A DNA stretch of 64,000 bases. Origin: Octopus sinensis (Eukaryota). Shown in pieces: positions 40,759 to 54,145 of the stretch. The DNA lies in assembly GCF_006345805.1 (NCBI RefSeq), contig NC_042998.1, forward strand, positions 145,700,001 to 145,764,000. The letters are read 5' to 3'. Position 1 is the stretch's first letter; each line of letters begins with the position of its first letter. The notes under the pieces are model-generated. The model made no database searches, had not been told where the DNA came from, and saw only the letters and a program-made list of their open reading frames with translations. A program made the translations under genes and the position numbers.

Positions 40759-40867
40759 TGAATTAGGGTAAATGTTTTTAAATTTTCACCTAATTTCTGA
40801 ATTACTATACTTGGCGGTGTGAGTTATGGCTGCTCTTTCTGGTGGACGAGTTTATATATATATATAT

Positions 40868-40900
<33 letters not shown>

Positions 40901-40980
40901 CATATATGCACATTTATAAATACACACACACACACACACACCACACACACATATATATGCACATTTATAGATACATATTA

Positions 40981-41012
<32 letters not shown>

Positions 41013-41483
41013 CACATATATACGTATATGTGTATGTATATATATATATATAGATTATGCATATGTATGCATTTATGTGTGTAATTGTGTGCGCGCGTTT
41101 GTGTGAGTGTATGTGTGTGTGTGTGTATGTGTGCGTTTGTGTGTGTGTGTGTGTTTGTCTGAGTGTATGTGTGTGTATAACGGTAAAAACGAAGTTTATG
41201 AAGAAACTCGAACAAACTCGAACAAAAATGGTAACCTTTTTAAGGATTTTGAAGAATCACATTGAAAAGAGAACTTTTTACATCTTTCTGTTTCTTTCTC
41301 TCCCCTCATTTCTCTCGTTCTTCCTCCTTTACTCTCTCTGCCTCTCCCTCCCTCTTGTTCCCTCTCTCTCTCTCTCTCTTCTTCTGACTCATATCCTGGC
41401 TTTCTCTATTTTCCCATGTGTTATTCTGTCAACCCGGTGCTTGTCATTAAATAAAACGGGAAGAAATGTTAATAGTGCAATGT

Positions 41484-41520
<37 letters not shown>

Positions 41521-41991
41521 GTGTGTGTGTGTGTGTGTGTGTGTTTACCAATGGGTATAAGCTTATATAATACCCATTAACAAATAATAACAATATATTA
41601 TGCATATAGAGTTTCGGTATGCTCATATCAATTAGGAAATGATTGTGTAAAACAAGAGTATATAGAAATCGAATTATGTTCCCATTCTAAATAAATACAT
41701 AAAATACAGGGTAAAGTCTATTATTTAGCAATTATAATAAAAATTTATGTTTTTATATCCAGGGGATCTAATGCGCTTGGCTTAGATTTCCCTTGGCGGG
41801 CTGGCCATATCGGAGCAATCTCAAGATTAATCAGCCGAAATTGCTAAGATGATCTGGTTCTTGACTGATGACTGAGGGCTTCGAATGTCCCGTCCTGTGG
41901 TTCTTGTGTCGTCTCTGTGGTGTTTCATGTTCTTGTCCATGTCTGTAATTATTTTTACTGTTTACCTATATATATATATATATATATATAG

Positions 41992-42028
<37 letters not shown>

Positions 42029-42029
42029 G

Positions 42030-42060
<31 letters not shown>

Positions 42061-42089
42061 TATAATATATGTACGTATTTGTTTAGAAG

Positions 42090-42156
<67 letters not shown>

Positions 42157-43464
42157 CCCTGAGGTTTTTTGTAGTGAGTGCTGCGATGCAAGAGGTTAGC
42201 TGTTAGTGAATAGAATATATGACCTGATTTTGATTCTTTGCATATAGAGGCAAACTTCTCTTGAATTATTCACCATCCTAACCACCATAGAAATCGACAA
42301 AATCATGATTACCACAATATTCAAACCTTTTCCCAAAATTGTTGGTCTTTAATTATGTAAAGAAACGACAAAATGTAGTTATGTTTTAATAAACGTTTCA
42401 TTTGCGTGTTCTAAATATTACATCATTTTTTTAATAAGTAACCATGACCGTCACTCGTAAGTCAGTATAACTTGATAACATCTGGCATGGTTTTGCTAAA
42501 TGTTTTACTTAGAGCTAACCCTTTCTCGAATGGATTATCATTGATGTCACAGCTGATTGGAACTTATACCTGATTAGAACTCATTACAGCTGAGTAGATT
42601 GGAGTAACGTGAAATGAAGTGCATTGCTCAAGACAATTCTCTTCCCGTCTGTCAATCGAACCTACGATTATATGATTGTGGGCTGAACAAATTAACCACT
42701 AAGCAACGCAGCATCATGAAATGTACATCCAGCTGTCACTCGTGAGACGGTCTAGCTTGGTCATGTATACTAGCGAGACCCGTGAATATTTCACGAAATT
42801 AATGGTAAACCTATTGGGTTATTTCTGAAAGCTTTATCCAAAAGACCTGAAAGCGTAATCTGTGTTGTATCTGTGTGTGAAAATAGCTGCTCATCTGCTA
42901 CTCATTGAAAAGTGAAAGAAATTAGAATATGATTATTACTTCTTTTATTTTTTTACTGGTTTCAGTCATTTGACTGCGGTCATGTTGGAGCACCGCCTGA
43001 AAAAAATTATGAGCCTTGCCGGAAGGGAGTTGGACCCCGGTCTCCAGCATGACAGGCGGGGATATATACTTTATGCATAATTCTATAGACTTAAAACACA
43101 GCACTCATAAAATAAATATTCACTCTTACATTTCCATTTTTCCCATAAAGAAATATATCTTGTACATATGATACAACCTTTAATTAAATTGCATATATCT
43201 GCCACGTAAATAAGCGTAAATATTTCACAGAACTGCACTTATGCGCATGCGTTAAGTGATAGGTGATATAAAAAAACTTTTCACTATCCGCTACCTCCAC
43301 CACCATCTCTCTCTCTCTCTCGTCCCTTTCTTTCTCTCCATCTCATGTCTCCCTCTCTCTCTTTCTCTCTCCCTTTTTTTAACCTCCCCATCAGAACACC
43401 ACCTCTCTGCTAAAATTATATTTTTAACTCTCCTCTATATCACTAACTTCAATGTTTTTAACCT

Positions 43465-43660
43465 CGTTAGCATGCCAGGCAAAATTCTAAGCGGCATTTC
43501 GTCTGTCTTCACGTTCTGAGATCAAATGCCACCGGGGTCGACTTTGCCTTTCAGGGGGCGATAAAATAAGTACCAGTTGAACACTCGGGTCGATGTAATC
43601 GACTTAACCCCTCACCGAAACTGCTGACCTTGTGCCATAATTTGAAAATAATATGTAATA
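43465..43660 (+). mobile_element. tRNA-derived SINE lacking the 5' tip
   Basis: gttagcatgccaggcaaaattctaagcggcatttcgtctg...gtcgactttgcc...ttgtgccataatttgaaa. Confidence 0.85.
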
Positions 43661-43869
43661 TGCTTTTGTTAATTGTTTCAGATACGTAAGTAGCGTGAGC
43701 AGATATAGACACTCTTCATTCTCTCACACTTGACTCAATAAAACATCCAGGAGGTGACAGCTGGAGAGAAAAGAGAAGTCTGTTCTATATTAAGCTGATA
43801 TTCATTTACAATTGAGTAGAATGAAGCAGCATGATCAGCTTTAAATCACTCAATACAATCTAGAAAGAC

Positions 43870-44345
43870 AGAACTTTTAACAAGACTATCAAATTAAAAA
43901 TCTCGAAGATATTTTGGTCTATTGCTCTGGATGTGAAAGCTTGAGCCTAATGGCAAACGACACTGCCAAACTCAAAGCACTTGGAATAACATATAACAAA
44001 AGAGTACTAAGGATCAGCTGGAATGAGAATCGAACAAACAAGTCTGTACTTGAGGAAATAGGAACGGAAAAAGAACTTTAGGAAGAGAAAGCTGCAGTAC
44101 TTAGGGTGTGTTGTCAGAGTCCAGAACCTCATCACTCATATTCTAGAAAAAAGAGTCAATGGGGAATGAAGACTTGGGGATTAGAGAAGACACTGGCTGG
44201 ACAATAAAGGATGGCCTAGAAGACGTTTAGTTGAATGCACAACCATGGACAGAAGCAGGAATCGATAGAGAAAGAGAGTGATGGTGCAAGCATCTAAAGC
44301 CCTGATCCTTCAGCATTGAGGATGGGAGTCGGCAAGGCAAGGCAA
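43870..44345 (+). mobile_element. RTE-clade LINE 3' fragment, decayed
   Basis: SGCESLSL...KLKAL...RVLRISWNENRTNKSVLEEIG...LQYLGCVVR...HILEKRVNG...RRHWLD matches the RTE pattern YGCESW...RRxLxIxW...TNxxVL...LxYFGH...WxD; short tandem tail ggcaaggcaaggcaa. Confidence 0.8.
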
Positions 44346-46538
44346 AACTACAGTACCTTCCCTAAAGTCATAAAGTCATAAAGTGCCACTGATGACCTTA
44401 TAAATGTGAACTTAACACTCTGATCACTCACTAGGCCAGATATAAACATATTGTGTCATGTAAATCATAGGCTGGGCTTCCTTTCCCAGAAATATCTCAA
44501 CATTGATTAGTTGCTACGTCATTAAACACACACACACGCGCATACACACGCACATACATACACATACACTCAAATATGCTGAAAAGTGCAGTATTGTTCA
44601 TAAATTTGATACAGTTCAACAACTCCACCACCCCATCATGAAGATTATCCGTTCTTTTAATGCAAACGAGAAAATACCATCAGCGAGAGAGGAGTCATTC
44701 CTCATCAACATTCCATTTCAGATTGAATTCTCCTCCTTCCGTTTCTCTCCCTATAACTCTCTCTCTCTCTCTCTCTTTCTCTCACTCTGTCAGTGTGTCC
44801 TCCTCTCTCTGTCTTTCTCTCTCTTCTAATGTTACTACTACTACTATTTCAACAACCATTACTGCTGTCACCATCACCACCACCACCACCACCACCACTA
44901 TTCTTATTTTTATTGTTGTTGTTGTTGTTGTTGTTATTTCTGTTATTACTACTACTACTGCTACTACTAAGATTACTAGTACTACGATTACTAATGCTGA
45001 TACCACAATTACATAAGCTGCATATATGCCATTCCTAGTTAAACACACGCTCTCGGTTGCACATCCTCCGCCTACATCCAATCCATCCCTTCAGATTCCT
45101 TGTAATCACTTTACTAAATAACATTGTATCCCAATGTTTTATCTCTTTCTAACACGACTATCCCCTCACACTGTTCATTCATTAACTAAATTGTATTTCC
45201 CTTAATTAAAAAAATTAATCTATTAACCTCGCTCTGTTATCAAGATCCTACAGCCTGGAAAGCCTAAATATCTAACAAGGTGCCACCGAAATTAATTGTT
45301 ACCAGGGTATCAAAAAATTGCCCTGCGGTAGTAAGAAACACATGCAAGTGTTTCAGTCCTTACCTCTAATAGGAGCTGCATCCAAGTCATGATTCTAGGA
45401 TGTACGCCTACTGTCACATTTTGTGTAGTGTTTACATTGCAACCTTCCTGATTGATTAATATATCCCGTAGCCAAGGTTACAGTTTTACGGATGGGAGAC
45501 CGAGTGCCATAGGCTAGAGAATCGGAAGAACATATGTCTGTTAGGTAAAAAAATTTGTTACTAATAATAAAATATTGAAATCAAACCAAATTGTCACAGT
45601 CTGTTAGCACAAACTTGGGAAAAGTTGCTTCCGGTAAGTCAGTAGGTATGAGGGAAGTCACGTCCTCTCATTATATATCGCCCCTCTCAGCATTCATAAC
45701 CCACATTTGACGTATCTTACATTATTTAATGACTGTATTACCTTTAAGAAACATTTAAAAATTATCAAAATGAAGAATTTTCTTAGATCGATAAAAGGAA
45801 TGCAAACAAAATTTCACCTGTCTGTCAGCTATTTGCAATGGGTGGGTGACGATGGTGCACCCCACTGGTGGATAATCGCAGTAACGCAGTATATCATAGC
45901 CAGAAATATGAGTTTAACATTCTGCTTGGCAATTCTCTTAACCAAAAACATAAACTGTTATACAGTTAACCTGAAAGATGATGAAGTTGGAAAACAGTCT
46001 CTCATAACGTAGTTTATTTATGACAAATTTATGGCTTCATACTTTATTCCTGTGTACTGTCAGAACATAGTATTTACATGTACAAAATCATACATCATCC
46101 TTAGAAAATCACTTTAAAATATCTTTCCATAGGTGAATGATAAAACATACCAATTTTTTTTTCTACAAAATGTACGTCTTATAAACGGCAATGATTAAGC
46201 TATTTATTTTGTTTCATTATAGCCTAGAAAAGAGGAGGTGGCTAATATTTTTCTTATATTTCCTTGAGTGTTTCAGTCGTTAGACTGCGCCCGTGCTGGG
46301 GCAACGCCTTGAAGAATTTAGGTCGATCAAACTGACAGCCAGTGTTTATTTTAAGCCTGCTAATTATTTTATTAGATCTCTTTTTTTTTCCGAAGCGCAA
46401 AATTACTGGAATGCAAACATACGTATATCGGTTGTCAAGCAGATGGTGGGGTCGGGGAACACGAACACGCAAGTGCACGCACATATATTTACACACATAT
46501 ATGCATACATATACACATACACTCACACATATATATGC

Positions 46539-46586
<48 letters not shown>

Positions 46587-46733
46587 TATATGGGTGCGTG
46601 GAGTTCAATCATAAAATAATATAAATAAAATATATATACATGCATATATACATATATGTACATACATACATACATATATATATGTGTGTGTGTGTGTGTG
46701 TGTATATAAATGCATGTTTGTAATATGTATATA

Positions 46734-46954
46734 TAAGAGGGGGTGCTGAAGAGTTTCTGGCTTTCAGGGCGTAACGAAAGGCCTGGCTGGAGGCCCAACT
46801 TTCCGAGTTCTTTGACAAGGATTAGAATAAAACTGAAGGACCGCTGCAATAACGGTGTGAATCTGAGAGGCGAATATGTTGAATTAGATCATAATTAACT
46901 GATCCTCCTGTATTTTCTTTTACTCAAAGTCAGGAACTTTTCAGCACACTCGTA
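46734..46954 (+). mobile_element. Mariner-derived MITE (about 220 bp)
   Basis: TIRs taagagggggtgctgaagagtttctggcttt and aaagtcaggaacttttcagcacactcgta in TA context; internal gtgaatctgagaggcgaatatgttgaat (VNLRGEYVE, transposase C-terminus). Confidence 0.85.
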
Positions 46955-47041
46955 TATTATTTTAAATGTGTGCCTAGTTATATAATTGTGTATGTATGTA
47001 TATCTAAGTATCTATGTATGTGTATATATGTATGTATATAT

Positions 47042-47126
<85 letters not shown>

Positions 47127-47130
47127 TAAT

Positions 47131-47166
<36 letters not shown>

Positions 47167-48027
47167 ACACACAAACACACACACATGAAGGGCTTTCACA
47201 CATTTTCCGTCAGCCAAATTCACTCAGGTGCGGCACGCTAGTACTGAACCTGAAACCGTATGTCTGTACAGTAACCTCTTAGCCACAGTCACATATTTCG
47301 AATATGATATGGATGCTGGAATGCATCTGGGGATATGTGTGTGTGTATGAACGCGTTTATCTGTGTATATATGTGTGTACATGTGTATGTCTCCGTTGCA
47401 GTTGAATTAGCTCATGGTTTAAATTCGTTAAGATAATTTATTTGTTTAAAAACAGTTTCTTTTAAGGGAGGATTAGCTCCTCTAGACAAATTTCTATGAT
47501 TCATAGAATAAACAAGATTATCTGATAAGACGCTAACTGAGATATAGACAGCTTCAAAAATTATCATATAGATTATATAAAACTTTATCTCTTTTTGTCT
47601 TTTTGTTCTGTGATGAGTTTAATATAATTTCTTTTTACTTTTTTTTTTTTTTGCTTCAGATTTCGGCCATCTGTTCCAGTATTTTCGGAAATAACATCTT
47701 TGACAATGCCAACGATCTTGCTATAGAAAACGGTAAGATAAACTAAAACAATTGTTAAATCTCTATGGTATTGTTGATATTTATTTATCACTCCTATTTT
47801 ACAACAACTATTACTTCTACCACAACTCTTTTCTGCGTTGTGTACTCAATTCTTTCGTTTCTTTGCAGCCAATACTGGTTTTTACGCTATTTCTTTTGTG
47901 TCGCTCTTGCTGTCAACTTTTGAAAGCCCAGCTGTCTCTCTAATTCTGTATGTGCGTCTCTCCCTCCTTCTCTCGCTCTCTCTCTCTCTCTCTCTCTTTC
48001 CCTCCTCTCTCTCTCTCTCTCTCTCTC

Positions 48028-48083
<56 letters not shown>

Positions 48084-48183
48084 NNNNNNNNNNNNNNNNN
48101 NNNNNNNNNNNNNNNNNNNNNNNNNNNNNNNNNNNNNNNNNNNNNNNNNNNNNNNNNNNNNNNNNNNNNNNNNNNNNNNNNNN
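48084..48183. other. Assembly gap (100 N)
   Basis: Run of 100 n following (TA)n(GA)n. Confidence 1.
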
Positions 48184-48395
48184 TTTCTTTTGTTTTCTTT
48201 TTATATCCTCTTGTTCACCTTCACTATTTGTTCATTCATCATTATTTATTTATTTATGTTAATCATTTTATTGATTATGCTCTTGTTCAATGTTATTTTC
48301 TCAAATCTCAAATTTCTTTCCTTTGTCTAAATACTAAAGAATTTTGCCGATGTCCTCTATAAAAATAAATCACCATTTCCCGTTTTATAAAATTT

Positions 48396-48495
<100 letters not shown>

Positions 48496-48673
48496 TAGAA
48501 TAAGAAATAGAAACTCCTTGGTACATTATTATATATTTTAAAAAGCAAACTGAAATGGCTTTTCTTATAATTTTTTCACTTTAATAATTAGACGTTTATA
48601 AGCAAACATCTTAATGATTAAAGTGGAAAATTATCAGAAAAGCCATTTCTATTAATTTCTTCACACACACACA

Positions 48674-48722
<49 letters not shown>

Positions 48723-48780
48723 ATAGTATATATTATATATATATATTATATATATATATATATAATGTGTGTGTGTGTGC

Positions 48781-48838
<58 letters not shown>

Positions 48839-49339
48839 TAATAATGAAGTCAAAACAAATAGCTATATTTTGAAATCATTTAACATGCAGGTTTCAAGTC
48901 TACGTAATATATAATAGGAAATATACTTATACGTCTCGATGTCAGTACAAACTAGCGAGGCTCAACTTACGCGGATACGCTAACAATGTAGTTTGTTATG
49001 TCTGACTCAAGTCGTAAATTATGTTATCGTCCACCGTTACTTAACGTACACGAAGTGTGGGCGGGAAGTGTGTGTGTGTGTGTGTACACATAAATATATT
49101 TGTATATATGGGAAATAGCGTTCTTTTTATTCATGCTTCATTAATTACCTATGTACAAGTTTTACCTTTTTTTTATCTTAGATTTTTCTTATATTTTTAC
49201 AGTTATTTTGGAATGGTAGAGTTTCTAAATCCATGTTCGACATTTCAAGATTTGAACTGAATATATTCGAAATATTTTGTTTTTGTCCCATATTTTGATT
49301 GAACTTCTGTACACTTTCCCACCGCATGTTAATTTTTCT

Positions 49340-50150
49340 TGTGTGTAGGTGCGAATTTTGGATTGTGTTGCGATATAAGTATGCTTTCCATAGTTAATCT
49401 TTTTTTTGCGGAATTTTATAAAGTATATAATTATTTTCCTTTAGTATTTTCCTATTTAATTTCGTTTTGTGGTCTGTGATGTAATGTTATGTTCCATGTT
49501 CCGAATGCATGGTAAGCCTACGTGAGAGTGTTCAACCAGTCTGTCCTATGTAGCAGTTAGAGTCATGAAGTTTGCAGCTTCCAGTTTTATAGTCAAATCT
49601 ATAGATGACGTTGGTCATCCGCAGTTTGCTATGTACCCAAGAACCCTTATCCATCCTAAGCTTCCTCTTCATGAATTTTTCGATGAAACCAAAGCTGTTC
49701 TGATCAGAATTCACAATTCCACTCCGTATTATCTATGTCGCCATAGTTACCAGAAAGAAGAAAACTATTTGCCATCACAACTCACACCACACGCATACAC
49801 ATTTTCAATTTCTTCGAAATATGGCGGATGCTATCCAAATTTGTCCTCCACCTGATAATAGCCAGTCTAATCATTCCGGAAGTCAGCGAATTTTGTACAT
49901 TGAACGAATGTGTTCAAGATCGTTTCTGCGATTTTCCTCTATCATGAGTGGGTCCGGCTGAATCATTATCGTGTTTGTATCGATTTTCCAGAATGCTTCT
50001 CATATTCCACACTCTTCCCTCCCGCTCCAACGTCAGACCAAGAACTTTTCTAAGATATTGATGATCTGCGAAGTAGAAGTCTTCTACAAAAGGTTATTGA
50101 GTACATTTTCGTCGATACCGTTTCTGTAGTTGTTGCTATCGTGTTTCTAA
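49340..50150 (-). mobile_element. Penelope-like element remnant (linker plus GIY-YIG endonuclease)
   Basis: ORF 49532-49714 ends NVIYRFDYKTGSCKLHDSNCYIGQTG and continues past the stop as TLSRRLTMH; later RLTMESILISQHNPK. This matches the PLE GIY-YIG pattern VxYxxxC..C...YIGQTxxxLxxRxxxH...ExxxI....P. Confidence 0.8.
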
Positions 50151-50179
50151 TTGATGTTTCTATTATTTCACAATCATCA

Positions 50180-51060
50180 CTATTTTCCATCATTATCTTC
50201 ATCAGCAGCAGTAGTAGCACATTCATGATAAACCACCATTATTAACGCCTCCTGAAAAAGCCTCTTCGCAAAAATCTGCTTTTAAGTTATTTAACTTCAT
50301 ATCGATTGGATAAAGATTTTACCGTTACGTTGTGTTTTTTCACGCATCGTCATCGTCGTCATCGTCATCAGCAGCAGCATTATTATCTCATCATCATCAT
50401 TATAGCTAGCATCATCTTCGTTATTGCCGTCATTGTCATTATCTCTATCATCATTATCGTCATCAACATCATCATCAACATCATCAAAGCCATCGTCATC
50501 ATCGTCGTCGTCATCATCATTAGCATCATCATCATCATCATCATCATTAGCAGCAGCAGCAGCAGCTTCAACGAAAACAAAAACAAAACCAACAACAACC
50601 CCTATTCTGTGTTCATTAGAACTTCGTAAAATAAACATCATTATCGTAAATTTCTTGTTTTAGTTGTAGTTGTTAATGTTAGTGTAGCTGCTGATGATGA
50701 TACGTTACTGCTGTGATTGTGGTTGTTCTGGTTGTTGTTGTTTCGAAATTAAAATCAATAGCAATCACAATGTTTAGAAGTCAGTGTGTCTGTCGCCATC
50801 GGAAAACAACAGCAGCAAAACCTACTACTATACTACTACTACTACTACTACTACTACTGTCACTACTACTACTACTACTACTTCTACTAGTACTACTACT
50901 ACTACTTCTACTACTACTACTATTTCTACTATTACTACTACTACGACTACTTCTACTACTTCTACTACTACTACTTCTGCTGCTGTTGCTACTATTATTG
51001 CTACTGCTGCTGCTATTACCACCCACCTACTATTACTAATATGAGTGATAAACATAACAG

Positions 51061-51143
<83 letters not shown>

Positions 51144-51315
51144 TTATAATAATAATAATATCAATAACAACAATAATAAAAATAATAATGGTTTCAAATT
51201 TTGTCACAGGGGCAGCAATCTTGAGGGAGGGTAAGAGGCGATTACATCGACCCCAGCCTTCAATAATAACTGCTGCTGCTACTACTACTGTTACTACAAC
51301 TACTACTACTAATTC

Positions 51316-51370
<55 letters not shown>

Positions 51371-51569
51371 CAATAGCAGTGATAATAGTAAATATATTTT
51401 TAATGTGGCTATGACATCGTAAAACAGAAACAATGGCCATACCATAATGACAAAGGCTTCAAAACTGAATAGAGGAAGTTATAAGTTTTATGTTATATTT
51501 GCGAATAACAATAACAACAACAACAACAGCAGCAGCAGCAGCAACAACAACAACAATAACAACAACAAC

Positions 51570-51600
<31 letters not shown>

Positions 51601-52032
51601 TCAACAACAAGGCATCAACAACGACAAGAACAGTAACGATAAGGAGGAGGAGGTAACAGTAGTAATAAAAACATTAACAATAATAATAATTATAATATTA
51701 ATAACAATGATAATGATGATGGTGATAATAATGGTAATAGTAATGATAATAATAATAGTAGCAGTAGTAGCAGCAGCAATAATTAAAATGATAGAAATAA
51801 TAAAATTTACAATAATCATAGTAATAATAATAATTGTAATAATAATAAAACTGATATTGATAATAACGGTTATAATACAAATAACAACAACAATAATGAT
51901 AATGCTAATAATAATAGTAATAGTAAAAAATTGTAATAGTAAAAAATAGTAATAATAGTAATAATTCTCTAGTAGTAGTAGTGTTGGTGTTGTTGGTGTT
52001 GTTGTTGCTGTTGGTGGTGGTGGTTGTGGTGA

Positions 52033-52070
<38 letters not shown>

Positions 52071-52100
52071 TAGTAGTAGTAGTAGTAGTAGTAGTAGTAT
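50180..52100. repeat. About 1.9 kb compound trinucleotide microsatellite field (CAT, CAG, TAC, AAC, AAT, TAG), containing a SINE tail at about 51185-51260
   Basis: Directly visible. Confidence 0.95.
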
Positions 52101-53369
52101 CTGGTTGTTATTTATGTTGGGTGCTTTTTCTTTGAAGTTTATCCAATTTTGCTTGGCTATGGCAGCAGGGGCTGGCGTGTGAGTGAGGCTAGAAAGAGTA
52201 TCATATCAGAGAACGAAATAGAGAACTGACCTTTCTTCTGTAATTTTTTTAATACCATGGAGAAAGTGAAAATTTAGATCTAAAAATGTAATAAAACAAA
52301 TGTCGGCTCTCTTTTATTCTTTTATTTATTGGTAAATAATAGACTTGGAATTTTTTTCCATTTTTATTGCCTTGGAAAGAATCGAATGAAATTATATCCT
52401 ACTAAATATTGATTTTTCTTAGGACCAAGCATTTTAAAATGATAGTTGAGTGTAATGAAATGAATAAATAATAGTATATTACTGGTACTTATGTGTTATT
52501 GCAGTGACTTAACCATTTGCCTGCCCAGAGTATTTTTTATAAATTTGTCCTTACATCCAAGCTTGTTTGCAGAATTTTATTTAGCCATTGTTTCATATGT
52601 TCAGAATAATATAAAGCTTCCCTTTCATAAGTCCAAGTGGTTGAAAAAATTAGAGCAGGTAACATGTTAATCCAGTTTAACAAGAGTCGAGATGACCTAT
52701 GTTCTAAAAAATCCCTTCTTTTTTTTCCAATGCTTTAAACGTTTTTAGGACGTTAGAGTGTGATTTTGGTAAGATTTAGCTGTTATTTTTAGCATGTTAA
52801 CATTGCTTGCTGGCTCAACTGGTACTTATTTTGCTGGCTTCGGGGTCATAAAACGAAAACTATACACCCTGGTTGGGTGTGAACGCAGTACGTCGGATAT
52901 ACTTCTCTACATTAACATATTCAATCAATGCTCAACTATTTGTAAACTCCGCTATTCTATGTATCTTTAAGTATTGATTTCTATCGATTAGGCAGAAAGT
53001 CTCTACATTGATATGGAAATATGAAGAAGTAAAGTTCATGGTTTCATATTTATTCATTATGACATACGTGGCTTGATTTTGACCCACGGATCGTCAATAA
53101 CCTAACAAATTGTATACTAGGGACCCAGTAAAAAAAAACTCGCTAACAAAACACTAACACAGTAAAAACAAAAGTAAAGTACCTCTTGACATTACTGCCT
53201 CGAGTTTTGAGACACACAGATCTGATTATCCTGTTTTCATGGTGTTTGAGTGACCAAGATCACAACATATTCCCTAAACGGGTACCAGTCTGTTGAAGGG
53301 AATCAAGTGCAGCATCCTGACATTTAGGCCATGCGCCTTCACATATTACACATTCCTAATAATAGTTTC

Positions 53370-53530
53370 AAAATTTGGCAAAGAAATCAATTTTTGTGGT
53401 AGAGGCTGAGTCGATTACACCGGCCCCAGTATTCAGCTGATACTTATTTTATCAACATGGAAAGGATGAAAGGCGAAGTCGACCTGACGGAATTTAAACT
53501 CGGAAAATAAAGAGCCGAAAGAATAATGTC
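53370..53530 (-). mobile_element. SINE, partial (another copy at about 54160-54360, minus strand)
   Basis: ggatgaaaggcgaagtcgacctgacggaatttaaactcgga body. Confidence 0.75.
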
Positions 53531-53558
53531 CGACGCGCTAACTATTACTGAATTCCAG

Positions 53559-53655
<97 letters not shown>

Positions 53656-53722
53656 CAATAATAATAATAAGAAGAAGAAGAAGAAGAAGAACAATAATAA
53701 CAACAACAACAACAACAACAAC

Positions 53723-53773
<51 letters not shown>

Positions 53774-53778
<5 letters not shown>

Positions 53779-54145
53779 GAGCACTCAGAGAACGCAAACC
53801 TCTGCCAAGACAACACCAACGTCCTCTCAACGATTAACCAGAGATAATTTATAAAATGAGAATATCTGAAATAAACTTGACTGCTCTCACAAACGAGAAT
53901 ACTAAAAATGAACCCGACCGCTCTCAAAAATTAAGTAAAAAAGCAAGAAAAACAATCCAGAATCCTTGTCCGGTACCGGATCGATCCCAAAATTTAATCA
54001 GTTCGTGCCAGTCACGAGGCCAAACATCCCTGAAAGTTTCATCCGAATACATCATGCAGTTCTTGAGATATCTTGCCCACGGACAGACTAACAAACAAAC
54101 ACGACTGAAAACAATACCTCCGCCTTCGCTAAGGTGGAGGTAGTA
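53774..54145 (+). mobile_element. Helentron/DINE-like non-autonomous element (about 370 bp)
   Basis: Starts aacaagagcactcagagaacgcaaACCTCTGCCaag and ends ACCTCCGCCTT-cgct-AAGGTGGAGGT (11-bp hairpin, related to the 5' subterminal motif), with a cagac/aaac microsatellite just before the end. Confidence 0.55.

Larger units (their letters stand above)
39623..40851. repeat. 474-bp tandem unit in two inverted arms (about 1.2 units at 39623-40187 and about 1.4 units reversed at 40188-40851), retrozyme-like
   Basis: ttagtcaatttagggtagc recurs at 39623 and 40097 (474 bp apart); cttttactgatgaag recurs at 40188 and 40658. The right arm is the reverse complement of the left. Copies differ only by a few 1-nt deletions and one substitution. 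(TA)n lies on both flanks. Confidence 0.95.

Noticed and set aside
39623-40851. CRISPR array or ordinary satellite DNA
   Set aside because: No short repeat/unique spacer pattern and the context is eukaryotic; only about 1.2 plus 1.4 units, with a ribozyme core.
41860-41900. CTGATGA at about 41867
   Set aside because: No downstream GAAA or stem III; no hammerhead fold.
48084-48183. ORF 47838-48362 spanning X residues
   Set aside because: Artefact of the N gap and adjacent microsatellites.
48876-48950. Minus-strand CTGAcatcGA...GAAACctgcatGTT downstream of the Penelope remnant
   Set aside because: The core has 4 nt instead of 1 at N7 and stem I is weak; too degenerate to call, though worth rechecking against a family consensus.
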